The translations under genes and the position numbers were made by a program. The notes below the pieces were generated by a model that saw nothing but the letters and a program-made list of their open reading frames with translations, made no database searches and was not told the origin of the DNA. From Asterionella formosa (lineage: Eukaryota): DNA of 64,000 nt. The stretch is taken from assembly GCA_002256025.1 (NCBI GenBank), contig NKIB01012918.1, positions 1-64,000 of the forward strand, given 5' to 3'. Numbering within the stretch: the stretch's first letter is position 1; the number at the start of each line of letters is the position of its first letter. Shown here in pieces: positions 36,861 to 50,200 of the stretch.

Positions 36861-37100
36861 TATTAAAATATTGACTTCGGGAAATATGATCATATTTCGT
36901 CATCGCAGCCAGTGTCTCTAATATCCACTATGTTGATTGGATGACAAATCACTTTCGAGGATAAGTCATATTAACGAGTACAAATACTCATTTAGCAAAC
37001 TGACCTAGATTACGAATCATGCAATCATACTATTCCCCAGTATTATATTTAGCCAAGATTCACCAAACGGAGCAGCAGCTAAAATCGACCCTTCAACCTC

Positions 37101-38941
37101 TCATACTGAAAGCGCCTGGCTGATGCAACCTGCCAACTTACGAACAGATGCGATTGCCGGGGACGACGGCCGAAGCATGATACCCCCAGCGCTATTCGTC
37201 AATGGTTGGGTGGATCCTTGTTCTGTCTTCAGTTTCTTCGCATCGGGCAATTTCGGGTCGAACACCTTCTCCACTCCTTCCTCCGCATTTCTTTTTGTAA
37301 AGTCACCACTGTCAATTCGAACAAAAAGTCTGGACGTTTGGATCAGATTGTCTCGAATAGCGAGGAACTTTCGGTTGACACAGTCATCACACTCCCAGTG
37401 ACCCTCCGGGATAGTGGCCAAGCGTGGCATCATACATGCCATGTGATACTCTCCTTCGCAACCATCGCAAATAAGTAGACTACCACCATCACCACAGTAT
37501 CCGCAAGCATCAAGGCCATGCTCGGAAGAAGCATTCTTCTCGGCTCGCGCCTCCTCACAAATCACCTTGAGCAATCTATAATCATCAGACTTTTTGAAGG
37601 ATCCCAAATAATACGTGAAGACATCATTGATAGACTTGTTCATCGTCTTGGCTGTAACCACAACATCCTTTTTATGAGAATAAATAACCTTCTTAAACTC
37701 TTCCTTCTCATTCACTGTCCAATCTGATCCGTCGTGCACTTTGCTTGAGCCAACTTCTTTTTCAATCTTTTCAAGATCGTAGTCATGCTTCGCAGCACAC
37801 GCCACTGCGGCTTCCTTCTTGTTGTAAGGAACAGTGTTTTGGATATAAGGCAATATACCACGCACTTGTGCACGTCGATAGTCAAAAGTAAGTTCACAAC
37901 TATCATCGATAAGGAAAAGAGAACCAAGTTAGCTACTGAAACGGCAGTATAGAGCATATCACAAGCGTACAATGTACGTACAGCTTCAGTTCCTCACTTT
38001 CTTGACCATTTTCAACACTCTTGAACGTGCCAGCTGCAGGTATAAGAGTAGCATTGAATTCCTCTCCGACTCGGCTAGACTTCCTATTATAGGCAGACCC
38101 GGTGTATTTCCAACTCACGTCAATTGGTTTAGGGTACCCTGAACGTGGTGGAAACTTGATCCCAGACACAGTTCGGTGCCGGGTCTCATTCCTTCGAGGA
38201 ACGATTTCAAGTTCTTCCAACTCTTCGAGCACTTCAATGTCTGAAAGGAATAATTCTGCTACGCGTGCTTCGTCAAGGTTACGCCGCTGTATGATACGAT
38301 CAATGACATCCCTTATGCGATCATAATAATCTTTTCCCTTATCCCCAGACTCAACATTTACGTCTTTTGGCACAAAGTACACATCTCCAGCGTGTTTACC
38401 ATCTAGTTCTACCTGGGGTGTAGGGACGAAATAGCGTAAGTGAAAAGTGTGTGCTAGGACCTTACACCCTTCACCACACTGCAACTATAGTGTTTTAGCT
38501 TTCAAGAGAATCTCAAGTTGTTACACCCGGATGGAGTCTGATCGATATTACATCCAGAGATGATTAGACATGCGTTGGAGACGTTCCACCATAAATCATC
38601 GAGAATTTCTAAGGCTATGAACAATGATTGGATATGCCATGGTCGTGCTAGTTTCTTTCGAGTCCTCAAGTTAGTTAATCTAGACCCTGATTCTTTTGCA
38701 AAGTCGTAGAGAAGTGCAAAGCCCGACAGTCGCGGGCTGGAAAACGAGACCACTTATAAAATAAGCTACCTACCTTTGACCAACTGAGGGAAATTAGTGC
38801 TGGCCAGAGTACGCCCCAAAACGCTTCCAGTAACTTCTTTTTTGTCCTCCCAAACCCGCAACCAGAAGAAAGATGAGCATGCTGCTTCTGTTTACGTCTA
38901 GATTGTCGCCATTCGTCGTCTTCGCCATTTTCGACTGACAT
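37101..38941 (-). CDS. ELM2-SANT-PHD chromatin protein; 3 exons (38941-38774, 38412-37982, 37899-37101)
   Basis: SRVGEEFNATLIP (ELM2), WTVNEKEEF..KKD..FTYY (SANT) and CGYCGDGGSLLICDGCEGEYHMAC..IPEGHWECDDC (PHD). The introns keep the frame. Confidence 0.85.
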
Positions 38942-39299
38942 CTTCGAGGAAAATTTAGGCAATTCGCTCTGTGTTTTGAATTGAATAAGAAATATATAAA
39001 TCTACCGCCGGTACCTGGTACCCTTGTACCAGGTACCGGTACATTGTTCGCCGCATGTTGACATACTATCGGAAAGGTACGCTACCTCGTACTCCGAGTA
39101 CCTAGAACCAGGCATCTGGTACCGGTCCAGGGTATGCTCAAGAACACATACCCCTGTAGGGTTAGGGTTACATAGATTGCATCAGAACTCCTATCAGGAG
39201 AGAGCACAACTAACACCTATTGAATTCTTTAGTGACAACCCAGTAGGGCAACGAGTTGCACACAAGGATAAACAAATAAGCTAATATATTCAACAAATA

Positions 39300-40230
39300 C
39301 TACTACTTCTAGTTTGGTACTTCACTTTGAATTCAAAAAGAGTCCAATTAGAATTAATAATGTTAATGTACTCTCAAGTCCCAGTGGTCCCATTGATGAA
39401 GGATAAGAACATACTAAACATCAAGACTCAGACCTCTTTGTGTATCCCTAACAGGTCGATGTTTGGAGTCTTTCAACCAAGATATGATCAATGGATGCTG
39501 AATGGAAGCTGCTTGTTGATTGATATTAGTAAATCCTGTGACATGGCTAACACACCATGTATGACAAAATGGGTCAAAGCATGTAGACTCAATATTCTAT
39601 GCAGAAAATTGACATCTGAGAGGCAGTGATGTAACAGAACAGCAACGAGCACTAGAATTCAAAAACAGCAACGAGCACTAGAATTCAAAGTGATGGTCGT
39701 GATTAGCATAGTAAGTATAGTTTTCAGGTATGGGCTGAGCCTAGAGGTGAGATGATGTAAAGATGCATAGGTAGCCTATCATAGCCTTTCTGTCCAAGAT
39801 TTCATATTAGATAACCTGACAACATGTGTGAAAGCCTCTACCATTTAAATTTGTATAGCATAAGCAATATCATACCCTCTGCTGCAATATTTCTGTTCTT
39901 GTTGTTCCTTCTTCCCTTCTATGTTCCATTAACTCCTAGCAGTCTAGCAATCACCACACTAATGCAATGTACATGACACCTTGTTCAAAAGGAAACTATT
40001 TCATTCACAGCACAGATAGTCCTATTGTATGTCAATTGCAAAAAATAATTTCAATCTATTTAAGGAAGGTTGGGAAGCTAGCGGTCCTCTACAAGATACA
40101 ATCATAGCAGCAAATTGGTATACTTCATTATCAAAGGCTCTTGTCACAGATATACGACTAATGGCTTTTGTACCATCCTCTCCAAAAATTAGGAATCTCC
40201 TAATAATGAGAGTGCCATACTAGCTGACTC
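39300..40230. mobile_element. CpG-depleted TE relic (unclassified) containing a 26-bp tandem duplication at 39638-39689
   Basis: CG-poor with broken frames; aacagcaacgagcactagaattcaaa occurs twice. Confidence 0.35.
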
Positions 40231-40306
40231 ACTGTCAACCAGTAAAATTGGAACATCAATAAAGAAGAAACTGGAACCACCCAAATTTGCAAAATTCCTC
40301 TCCACA

Positions 40307-41998
40307 CTAGTGTGAGTCTTGCAAAGTTTGGTCCATAGTGAGCACGTCTGGCGATCCCAGTCCCCGCCAACATGTGGCATGTACCAACATCGTTTCGGAT
40401 TCGCGTGCAGCCGCATCGTCATTCAAAACCGCTATTTCTCTAGCATTAGAATAGTTATAAATACCATCATCATTGTCAAATTCCATTTTGAAGTGAATCC
40501 CACATATGGAACATTTGTCTTGATTTTCATCTGCTGGCACAGTCCACTTGTTAGGATTGTCGTCTAAAGATGACTTTTCTGTACCTATATTCATGATGTC
40601 GTCATCACTAGGTCCACTCCCACCGGATAATCCCATCCATGAATCTTGCGAGATGAACCATCCCCGTTCTTCGGTTCGTTCCATGGTCTTATTTAACTGA
40701 TTCTTTTTGAACAAGCCATCCAAATGCTTGGATAGTTCCAATTGCGTTGCGAACCGTTGTCCATCACTGCTGCTGACGAAAGGTAATCCCATTTCGTATA
40801 ACATCGCAACAACGCCTTCATTTCTTTCCTTAATGCCCTCATTTGTGAATTTATTACTGCTGACCATGGTGAATAGTTTCGCCTTCTTCTTTTTGGATTG
40901 CATGGATTTCTGTGTTTCTAAGGCGTCTAAAAAGGATTGCACGAGGATCGCCACAGCAGCCGCTGCAGATAGAGTCATCGTCATGACCAAGGCTTCGTCT
41001 GCTGTATACATTTCTTCGGAAAGCATTCGCTGGTCCACAGATGTTTGTAATTTAAGTATAACTTCTTTGGCATTTTCAGTGTGATCGATGGAAAGTTGGC
41101 TCCATTCAGCAGATCGTTTGATGCAAAAGTCGGATCTCGTTTCCTGAAAGGGTTGAAGTAATAGGTGTTGTTGCTTGTTGGTGCTCTGCGACTGGCTGTT
41201 TTGTCCATTACCCCCAGCTAGAACATCTTCTGCTTGTTTTTGTATCGTCAATAATAGCTCTGGATTAATATCTGCCAAGCGTTCCAATGAAACCTTGTCC
41301 AATTCGTTCTCAACAGTCGCCTGCGCGTCATCCAACAACAATTGCATCTGTTTTCTAACTCGTGGGTTCAATTTCAGTTCACCATCTGCAGATCGTAAAA
41401 TGGCCCCATTTGATGAATTTATCGCTGCTAGTTGCGCCACTCCATCATTCGTCAAAAAGCAAGCGCCTATTTCTCTCCAGGACGCGTCGTCGAAAATGTG
41501 AAATTCCTTCCAACTGATCCATGTCTTTTTGAGTTTCGCCTTTTGGTCTTCCTTGATCTGAGTGTATACGAGTGGCATCCAGTTCCTGGCGTCCTTTTGT
41601 ATGATACGAGTAAAATGTCCCTTTACGTTCTTCAATATGGAATCAATGACATAGACCAGCGGGAGTTTTGACTCGCGTGGGCCTAGCAGCAACGGCTGCT
41701 GGATGCAGCGATAGATAGAAGCAGCGGCTTTCGGGTTGTCCGCATGGTCTTCTGCAACCATGGAGAGTGAGTTTATTTTGACCTTGTCCTGTGAAGGGGT
41801 GAGTTTTCCGAGTTAGGGTTGAGCACATGCGCGGGATGGCAATCAAAAGGGCGTTCCACGTACAGGAAAGTCACCGAGTTGTTTGATCATGTCTTTGTAC
41901 TCTTCAAGCTGATCTTCGTCTAGCTCTTCGTCATCATCATCGTCGTCTTCATCGCCATCGCCACCCGCTACATCGACTGGATCGGTTTTAGAGCCCAT
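40307..41998 (-). CDS. PCF11: Pre-mRNA cleavage factor PCF11; 2 exons (41998-41864, 41788-40307)
   Basis: CID domain (DKVKINSLSM..KLPLVYVIDSILKNV..LKKTWISW), HLDGLF..RGWF and C-terminal CSICG..F..W/Y..HATC zinc finger. Confidence 0.9.
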
Positions 41999-42419
41999 TT
42001 CGTGTTGAGTTGTGAGGTTCATGATGATGGTTAACGCACTTGCTCATCTTCGGCCTGCTTCTAGTGCTAAACCATTATATACATCACACCGGTTTTCTCC
42101 ATATTATTTTAGTCAATTATCGGTATACCGGACACGACTTTTTAACCATTTTTATACTCGAATGGTTGGATACCGGTATATATGTTATATTCAACAATAA
42201 CAGGCTCATTCTTATGCAGTAGCAGAGGAATATTGCAGCATACCTCTGATAAAGTCATTCAATGGTGAACATCAACAGTACCTGGTACCTGGTAGTATGT
42301 TGGAAGATACATATGTCCAACATGTATGTGTGTGCCAGTACTTCAATATATGGATTTATGACAGACAGCGTACTAGCTACTGCTATCTGCAGTATGCTGA
42401 CCCAGCAAGGAATATAATG

Positions 42420-43355
42420 AATTTATAGAGCACACTTTAGTAGAATTAAACAATTGGTAACTGTATTTCTCTGTGTCCGGCGGCATATGCTTTTGTCGTG
42501 ATATGTCCAGTGCTTGTTTACATTTTGCTTACTATGCAGAAAACAAACAACCCATGACTCTGCCTGAACGCACAACCATACATGAGGGTAGATGTAAACC
42601 AGTAATTTTTTAGGAGGATGCCATTGCTCTAGGCGCCCTTTCATCAAAAGGATTCTACCAAGCATTCCCCACTTTGTCCTTGCTCACAGTAGGTTGTTTT
42701 TCATTGCTGCTTAGTCCTTGTCATACTCACCTTAGACTTGGCCCAAGTCCTTGATCTCCTTGACATTTTCAATCAGCAGTGGTGGTGTTGCTCCAAATAT
42801 GAATACTGAATACAATTATCTTTGTCAGCTCTTGCTCTATCCCTTTTAGCATCTACTAGAGATGTTGGTGATTTTTGGCCCATCTCATAAGTTTGTTGGA
42901 TTATGTTGAGCATATTTTTCCGAAAAGTCCATATCAAGGACATTTTGGTAGTAGTCCCTCATCTCCATTTTTATAGTACCTCTGAAGTGGTGCTTTCAAT
43001 AGAGGTGTCACACCTATTGCCTGTTATTGGATGCAAGAATGGGGGGTTGGCAGTCTCTTGGAAGGCTTAAATGGTACTCACTGCTTGCTTCTGCTGACTC
43101 CATTCTACTCCATCGCTCCAGTCCTGATTCTTGTATTTCTTGAGCTCCGCCCATTAATACAAGTTTCACTTCAAGATGTAGATTTCTTGCTTGTTTGTGA
43201 TCTGTAATGTATCTTTCTTTTGACAATTTCACTACATTCAATGCATAAAATCCATTGTGTTCCAATCTCCTTGCTATCAAGTCCATCTCCAATCACTTTT
43301 TGAGTGAATGCAAATGATTGTGAGAGCGGGTTGCTGGTTCTCCCTCCAGCCATTA
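42420..43355 (-). mobile_element. Probable decayed LINE ORF2 3' fragment
   Basis: Broken frames including KVG..RILLMKGRLEQW, resembling the Q.IGW..L.GR..W motif of protist LINE C-termini. Strongly CpG-depleted. Confidence 0.35.
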
Positions 43356-44196
43356 CCAGGTACCTGTAGTGGTTTCCAGTGCCAATGGTTTGGGCACTAC
43401 GGGTGAATGACTACGGTATGTATGTTAACCTATTTTACGGTGCCATACCTGGTAAGTAGTGATTCGAATTGTAACTCGTACTGTACCGGAAAGTCCCGTA
43501 CAATAGTGTCAACCAGTACGTATGATCAACCGGTATGTATGTGTTTTTGCTCGTGTTACTTACCGGGTACTACGTAACTGGCTACCTCTAGTATCAGTAC
43601 CGGTATGTATCGGTACCTGGTGGTACCGAGTGGTGTCCGTACTACCTGATGGAGGGAGTCGATTCCTTCGAGTGAGTGACAGAACCTCTGAGAACCATAC
43701 ATTGTCCGCGCTTTTCTGCGCTCGTATTTACATGTCAGTACTAGCGGCCCACGCGGCATCAACTTCAGAAGCAGACTATGTATGTATAGACATACAAACT
43801 CCATCGCGGCACGCAGTTTCTGATTGTAGGCAAAGAGTCGAGGTAAGGAAAGGTGATGCCATCGATTGAATCGGCCATGGCCCCTATGAACGGGCTGATT
43901 GTAGAATTCTTTGTATGAACCATCTTTTACAGGTGGATCAAGTTGAGATTACTGTAGAGGAGCTGGAAGGAACGAAAAAGGGCAAAAACGAGGGAAATGG
44001 ACTTGAGAGCGGTCGCCACATCCGCCAGCGATGCTTCCGCCTCGGGCGACAGGCAACAGAACCTGTTGCGAAAAAAGAAAATGAGTTGCCTGCTATTTCG
44101 TCAATAACTAACAATTGTCTGCTTTGCGCTCCACTTGACTATTCCTCCTCGGCACTTATGTAGCAACTCAATCTCTTGAAAGAACAAATAATTGAC

Positions 44197-44691
44197 ATGA
44201 CAGACGCTTCGGAAATGGCTGCCGCCCGGCAAAAAATGATTGCCAAGCGATTTGGCGGTGCTAACTCCACTTCGACTGGTGGCAAGGGATCGGTCCGCAG
44301 AAAGAAGAAGGTCGCCAATCGCTCTTCGTCAGCTGCGTCTGATGCGAAGCTCGGGGCTGCCCTGAAAAAGCTCGGAGCTACCAATATTCCAGGGATTGAA
44401 GAAGTCAATCTATTCAAGGAAGATGGCAAGGTTATTCACTTTGTCAACCCCAAGGTCCAGGCCAGTATCGCGGCAAACACATATATTATTTCGGGTCCTA
44501 GTGAGACCAAGCCTTTGCATGACTTGCTTCCTAGCATTGTTTCCCAGTTGGGCATGGAGAATTTGAGTCAACTTCAGCAACTTCAGTCTGCCATGGGTGC
44601 TGGTGCTGGAGCAGGACCTGAGGAAATTGACGACGATGATGTTCCTGACCTTGTGGAAGGAAACTTCGAGGAAGTTTCGGAGACGGTCTGA
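44197..44691 (+). CDS. BTF3: Nascent polypeptide-associated complex beta subunit (BTF3/EGD1)
   Basis: TGGKGSVRRKKK, IPGIEEVNLFKEDGKVIHFVNPKVQASIAANTY and DDDVPDLVE.NFE. Confidence 0.96.
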   Translation: MTDASEMAAARQKMIAKRFGGANSTSTGGKGSVRRKKKVANRSSSAASDAKLGAALKKLGATNIPGIEEVNLFKEDGKVIHFVNPKVQASIAANTYIISGPSETKPLHDLLPSIVSQLGMENLSQLQQLQSAMGAGAGAGPEEIDDDDVPDLVEGNFEEVSETV

Positions 44692-44988
44692 ATCCCCGAC
44701 GTGCATGCAGAAGAAGGACAAGAGTAAAGCAACGACAGGGCTAATTATTTCTTATCTAGGCCAAACGTTTCTAGGTGATGTTGTGGACCGCAATTGTGGT
44801 AGGTCGAGGAGCTTGTAGCGAGTGTAACATCGTTACTTTACCATGGAACTAGAACTTGCTGATATGCCGGGCGAGTGTTCCATATGCTGTGAAAGCTACT
44901 ATCATTACGTTGATACCGAAAGTATTAAAATTGTACTGCTATCGCTGATCAGATGGACGATGAACTAATTTCTCTAACGTGTTTATTG

Positions 44989-45898
44989 TTATAAGTTCAC
45001 GTCATGAGGATCATTCGTCCATTTGTTCCTCTGTTTCTCCACGTAAAAATCAATATCAAATTTTCCCGGTGCCTTGTTGAAATTCTCCACAGTCTTGAAC
45101 TCTTCGTCGTTCGCATATGAATCCAACAGGAATGATACAACCTTCCGACCTTCCTCGTCGTCGATTCCATGATTGACTATGTCGGCTCGCACCAAAGTTA
45201 TGTCGTTGAAGTCATTAAAGACGGAACATGTGAGTAAGGGTTGGGCGCGGGCCGGGTCCATTTGATAATCCGCTAAGTAGGCGAACAAGAAGTGTTGGTC
45301 CTGGAATTGAGAAAGGAGATGAAAGAAGCCCTCGCCTCGAAAGATGGGCTGCAAGAAAAAAGGACTGTGAAGTGGTGAGTAATGTGCTGCTTGGAGAATT
45401 TTCTACATATTGGCATCTCATTTGCATTGAAAGGCTGTATACCATGAATTCAACACCCTCTGCATTCACTATTATGCCTCTTGCAACAAGAAGCAGTGAT
45501 CCCAGCAAGTTGGACAGTTGTCGGGACATGTCTAATCATCAAAAGATTTTGCCAATATCTTTTGATATGGAAGTAGCGAGTTGCGAGAGTGATTGAATGC
45601 AACGACAGAGTCGGCACACAGATACACACTCGAACTCTCCAGGTACTCACCACTGGGCGGCTCGAGATAGAACAGACTTGCCCTGATCTCCGGCCAATAC
45701 CAGTCCGTGAACATGGTCTTTTGTTTCATGATAGGTGTACCAGATATCAGCTATCTCGGATGACGATTTATTCTCCAGCAATTCTTTCTTGACAATATCG
45801 TTCAAGTTCCGAGGACCAGTAAAGGTGAAAGTGGAAAAGGTGCGGCGCTTGGCAAGAGAAGCGAAAGCGCGCTTCACTGTGGTGACTGCAACAGTCAT
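44989..45898 (-). CDS. ATP11: Mitochondrial F1-ATPase assembly factor ATP11; 2 exons (45898-45651, 45364-44989)
   Basis: Transit-like N-terminus, PRNLNDIVKKELL..IADIWYTYH, CPFFLQPIFR..GFF..QF and VRADIV..FNKAP.KFD. The 286-nt intron keeps the frame. Confidence 0.9.
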
Positions 45899-46731
45899 AT
45901 CAAACTGGATTTGACCGAATTCGACTTTCCTACTATTCGCTTCAGTAATGCAATAATACGACGAACCGAACAATCATGAGTTGATCCAAGATAAACGTTT
46001 ATGATTTCTATCGTTGCCTCCCTCGGCGTGAAGAAGATTTGATGTTCGCGAGGTGTCACCGGTTGTTGTTACTACTCCCTGGTGCTGAAGGCAATACACG
46101 CCCGAGGTGGTCTCTTGCCTGCGAGCACATGTTTACGAGAAGGCAAGTAGCCGCCGAGAAGGGTATTGTTGAGCCAATTCCCGCTCTAGCCATCGTAGCG
46201 TCATTCGCTTACCTACTGCCCACAAATAAAGCATAAATGTCAATTTCAGCCTACTATTGCCCATGATATTAAAAAAAATTGCATACTTCCTATGTATCTT
46301 CACCTCGAAAATTGCCAAAGGTCCGATATTGCCCATCATTAAAATATATTTTGTATATTTCATATGTTTGCATTTTGGCAAGACAACAGACGCCAATTGC
46401 CCCTCGGTTTTACAGCCCTGGGATTGCCGAAATCGGCAAGGGGTCTACTTGAGGAAGCCATTTTATATACTCTACAGATGTCAATAATTTATATCTAGAA
46501 TTCACCTCGTTTTTGTTCGCCTCCTGAAAAGTGGACTCCGGCAATTCACCTTTCACCATGCCAATCATCGTCCATCATGACCAGGTTGAAGCGAAATCAG
46601 TTCCGCGATGAAGCCAGTAGCGTTTTTTGTCTAACAGATGTGGTTGGTTGTTGGATTGCTTGTCTTCTCCAGGGATTCATGTAGTCGCATGGTCCATAAT
46701 TTCGTAATGATGATATCGATACATCTGATTA

Positions 46732-46923
46732 TGTTAATCTCTTCATGGATGAAGACCGATCGAAATTCTGACAGGTCACCTTGTCAGAATTCTTCTTCCC
46801 ATTTTTCCTCGGAACTAAATATTGCATTGTTAATAACACTTTATAATTTTATTTTATTTCTCTCGTCCTTCTTTGATCGTCGCTTCAAACTCTTTGAATT
46901 CCGCCAAAGCAAAGATCTGAACA
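46732..46923 (+). repeat. 5' LTR (192 bp)
   Basis: Direct repeat of 52123-52357. Confidence 0.92.
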
Positions 46924-47241
46924 GTTTATCAGACCCACAGCACTCAATAGAGGGAAGAGAAGGTTTGAGAAGAATCGAGCAATAGCAACGGCGATTGCGC
47001 CATTGTGAGCAACAAGTGCTGGAAGTTGCGCCAGTCACAAGCACTACAAACAGTCACAGTATCTCACTGTCTTAACAGCAGATCGTCCAACTTTGGAGTG
47101 ACAGGTCAAAGGACTGTAAGACACAGGGTGTCATTGTTCACACACCACTTTGTCATTGCGACATAAAATTCCACCAGAAGAGGGATTGTGTGCTGGTGTT
47201 GTTGGATAGATTCCACTCATCAAAGAATATATAAAATCAGC

Positions 47242-50200
47242 ATGGCCAAACAGAACGAAGATCGCCCAGGCGAAAGAGAACATTTTAAAAATGCACTGAT
47301 TCACGTTGTGCAATTAAACGAAGCACAAGCAGATCGTTTGATCATGCAAGACATTTCAATGTCATCCGAGCTCTCATATATTGATGATGAGACTCTTATG
47401 TCATGTTTTCAAGCCAATAATCGCCCTACACCAGCTGGAAAGAAAATGCGACTGATGGCATTTAAGATGTGGATCAAAGAACAACAGGCAAATGAAGGTT
47501 TCGGAAATGTATCTTCAAACTATTTTACAAATGAAGAACTAGCAAAAGTGCTTGAACAGGTTGAAAATGGCCAAAAGAGCACCATTGACATCTCAGAAAG
47601 AAGCAATGTCCGTGATATCAAAGAACCTGAACCATGGCTTGGCAAACCACAAGATTGGCGTAAGAGAAAACGAGAGCTCATTGCTTATATGGCTAAACGC
47701 CGCAATCGCAACAATGTCTCTTTCAATACCTCATAAGAGAAGAACAAGAATATGTTGAAACTGATGACAATGACATGAGTGTGATTATCTGGGATACCCC
47801 ACATCACGGGAGTGTTTATCAAGCAGACAACTATGAATTCTTCCAAGTCTTAATTAGCTGGACAAGTGGTGGCACGATGGAAGCACTTGTTGACCGTTAC
47901 CGTTCCACCCAGGATGGTAGATCAGCATGGCAGATGATTATAACGATGATGGACGGTCAAGATTCACGCAACGCTAGGATTAAAGATGCAGGTGCAAGAA
48001 TCGATAATGCATTCTACAGAGAAGACAGATCTCAATTCACATTTGAACAGTATTGCGCAGTTCATATAACTTCCAACATTGAAATGGAAGGAAAAATGTC
48101 CAACGTGATGGTTTTACACAAGTTCGTAAATTTCTGGATGGTATCAAACACCAGAGCATGCAAGGACTTAAATTCCTAATCATGGACAACAAAAAAACAA
48201 AAGCGGACCTCCAAGCTGCAGTAATCAAGATGAAGGACCTCTGGAACCAGTCGAAGCCTGCCGCCTCATCCTCAAACACACGTAATCGTGATGAACGAAA
48301 TATAGGCAACGCAACCTTCCGCGCATTTAGAGGTGGCGGCCGAGGTCGTGACAACAATAGAGGACGAGGTGGCTAGTACTATAGAGGTGGATGATACCAC
48401 AACGATGGTTCAAGGGGAGGACGCGGTGGCCGGAACAATACAGCAGGGACAACAGGTCGAGGTCGTGGACGTGACCAAGGAACTGACTATATCCTTCAAG
48501 AGGTCTTGGATTCCTTAACCCCACAACAGAGACGATACATGCTGCAAGGTCGCAATGCTCTCCGACAAGCTGACCTAGCCAATCCTGGTATGGCAACAAC
48601 TACACGCACAGCCGGAGCAATTACAACTGATACAACAGCTGACAATTCCTCCATGGCCAGTGGCATCTCACAAAATACCCTCCCATCAGGGGTACCACAT
48701 CCCAACATGCCAGGAACACCCCCATCAGGGGCAGCACAGCGGTTTGGTCATCGTCGCAATACAATGGGTGTCATCATGTCCAGCAATCGCCACATTGGCA
48801 AAATCAACAAGATACTAGAGTCAGATGATTACATTGGCCGGTATAGAGCTGAAATTGATACTCAAGCTGATACTGTATGTGCAGGCCAAGGGTTTGCTCT
48901 CATACATCACACAGGTCGCATTGCCGATGTTAGCGGCTTTCACAGCGATCTTGGTGCAATAACAGGTATTCCTATTGCACAAGTTGCAACAGCATACGAC
49001 ACTGTTGAACATGAAACATTCATACTGGTCTTCAATGAAGCCCTCTCTTTTGGAAAAACAATGGAGACATCCCTGATTCCTCCACAACAGGTGTGTGACA
49101 ATGGCTTGGTTTGTGATCCACTACCTCGCCAATATTCGTGTCATTCGATCAATGGAATGGAAGACCCCTCATCTGGGTTCATAATTCCTTTTCAACTTCA
49201 TGGTTGTATATCATACTTTCCTGTCAGACTACCCACAGAAGATGAATTGAAACACTGCCGTTGGATAGAAATGACAAGCCAACAAGAGTGAAATCTGTAT
49301 GACACCCGTTTTATTGAACAGGAGCGCCCGCACTTATCACATCCCCACCGCATTAAAATGGTGTCTGTCACATCTACTCAAGCAGGTGATCCCCCAACTG
49401 ACATCCCATATGACTTTCTACAGAATAGATTTATTTCCAACACATCTAGTATGGACCGCCGATCCCAAATCGACCATGCTACTCTTGCACGACGTTGGGG
49501 AATCAGCGAATCTTTGGCTAAGGACACTATGGACCCAACCACACAAAGAGGCATGCGCTATGTTGACGACCAATTTACTCGCCGCTTCCACACAAGACAG
49601 GCACATCTCAGTTACCCCCATCTCCGTTCTGGCGTATTCACTGACACATTGTTTAATGAAATCACCAGCATCCGTGGTAACACATGTGCACAATTGTTTG
49701 TCACAGATGGTGGTCATGCACGTACCTACCCTCTCACAAATAAAGGACAAGCTTTTGACAAACTTGACCTCTATTGTTCCACTGTTGGTATCCCTAAGTA
49801 TCTAGTCTCTGACAATGCTGGAGAAGAAACTGGTTCTGACTGGGAACGTGTTAGGAAGAAATATCTTTTCCAACAACGCCTCACCGAGCCCTATTCCTCT
49901 TCTTGGCAAAACCGGGCTGAATGCGAAATACAAGAATTAAAAAGACACTTCAGGCGCATCATGCACCGTGCCAAATGTCCAGAACGCTTCTGGGACTACG
50001 GTCTTGAATACACTTCTCAGATCCGCGAATGGATGGCGCGCCCTTTAACTCATGATCGTACCCCACTTGAATTGCTCACCGGTATCACCCCTGACATCTC
50101 TGAGTATTTACCATTCGATTTCTATGGCTGGGTCAAGTATCATGATGTCAGGGGAGGGGGAACCGAAAATGATATTGGCCGATGGCTAGGAGTGGCAGAA

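Noticed and set aside
39156..39170. Telomeric TTAGGG repeat
   Set aside because: Only about 2 units, consistent with chance
45365..45650. Intronic snoRNA in the long ATP11 intron
   Set aside because: A TGATGA is present, but no convincing D box or terminal stem was seen
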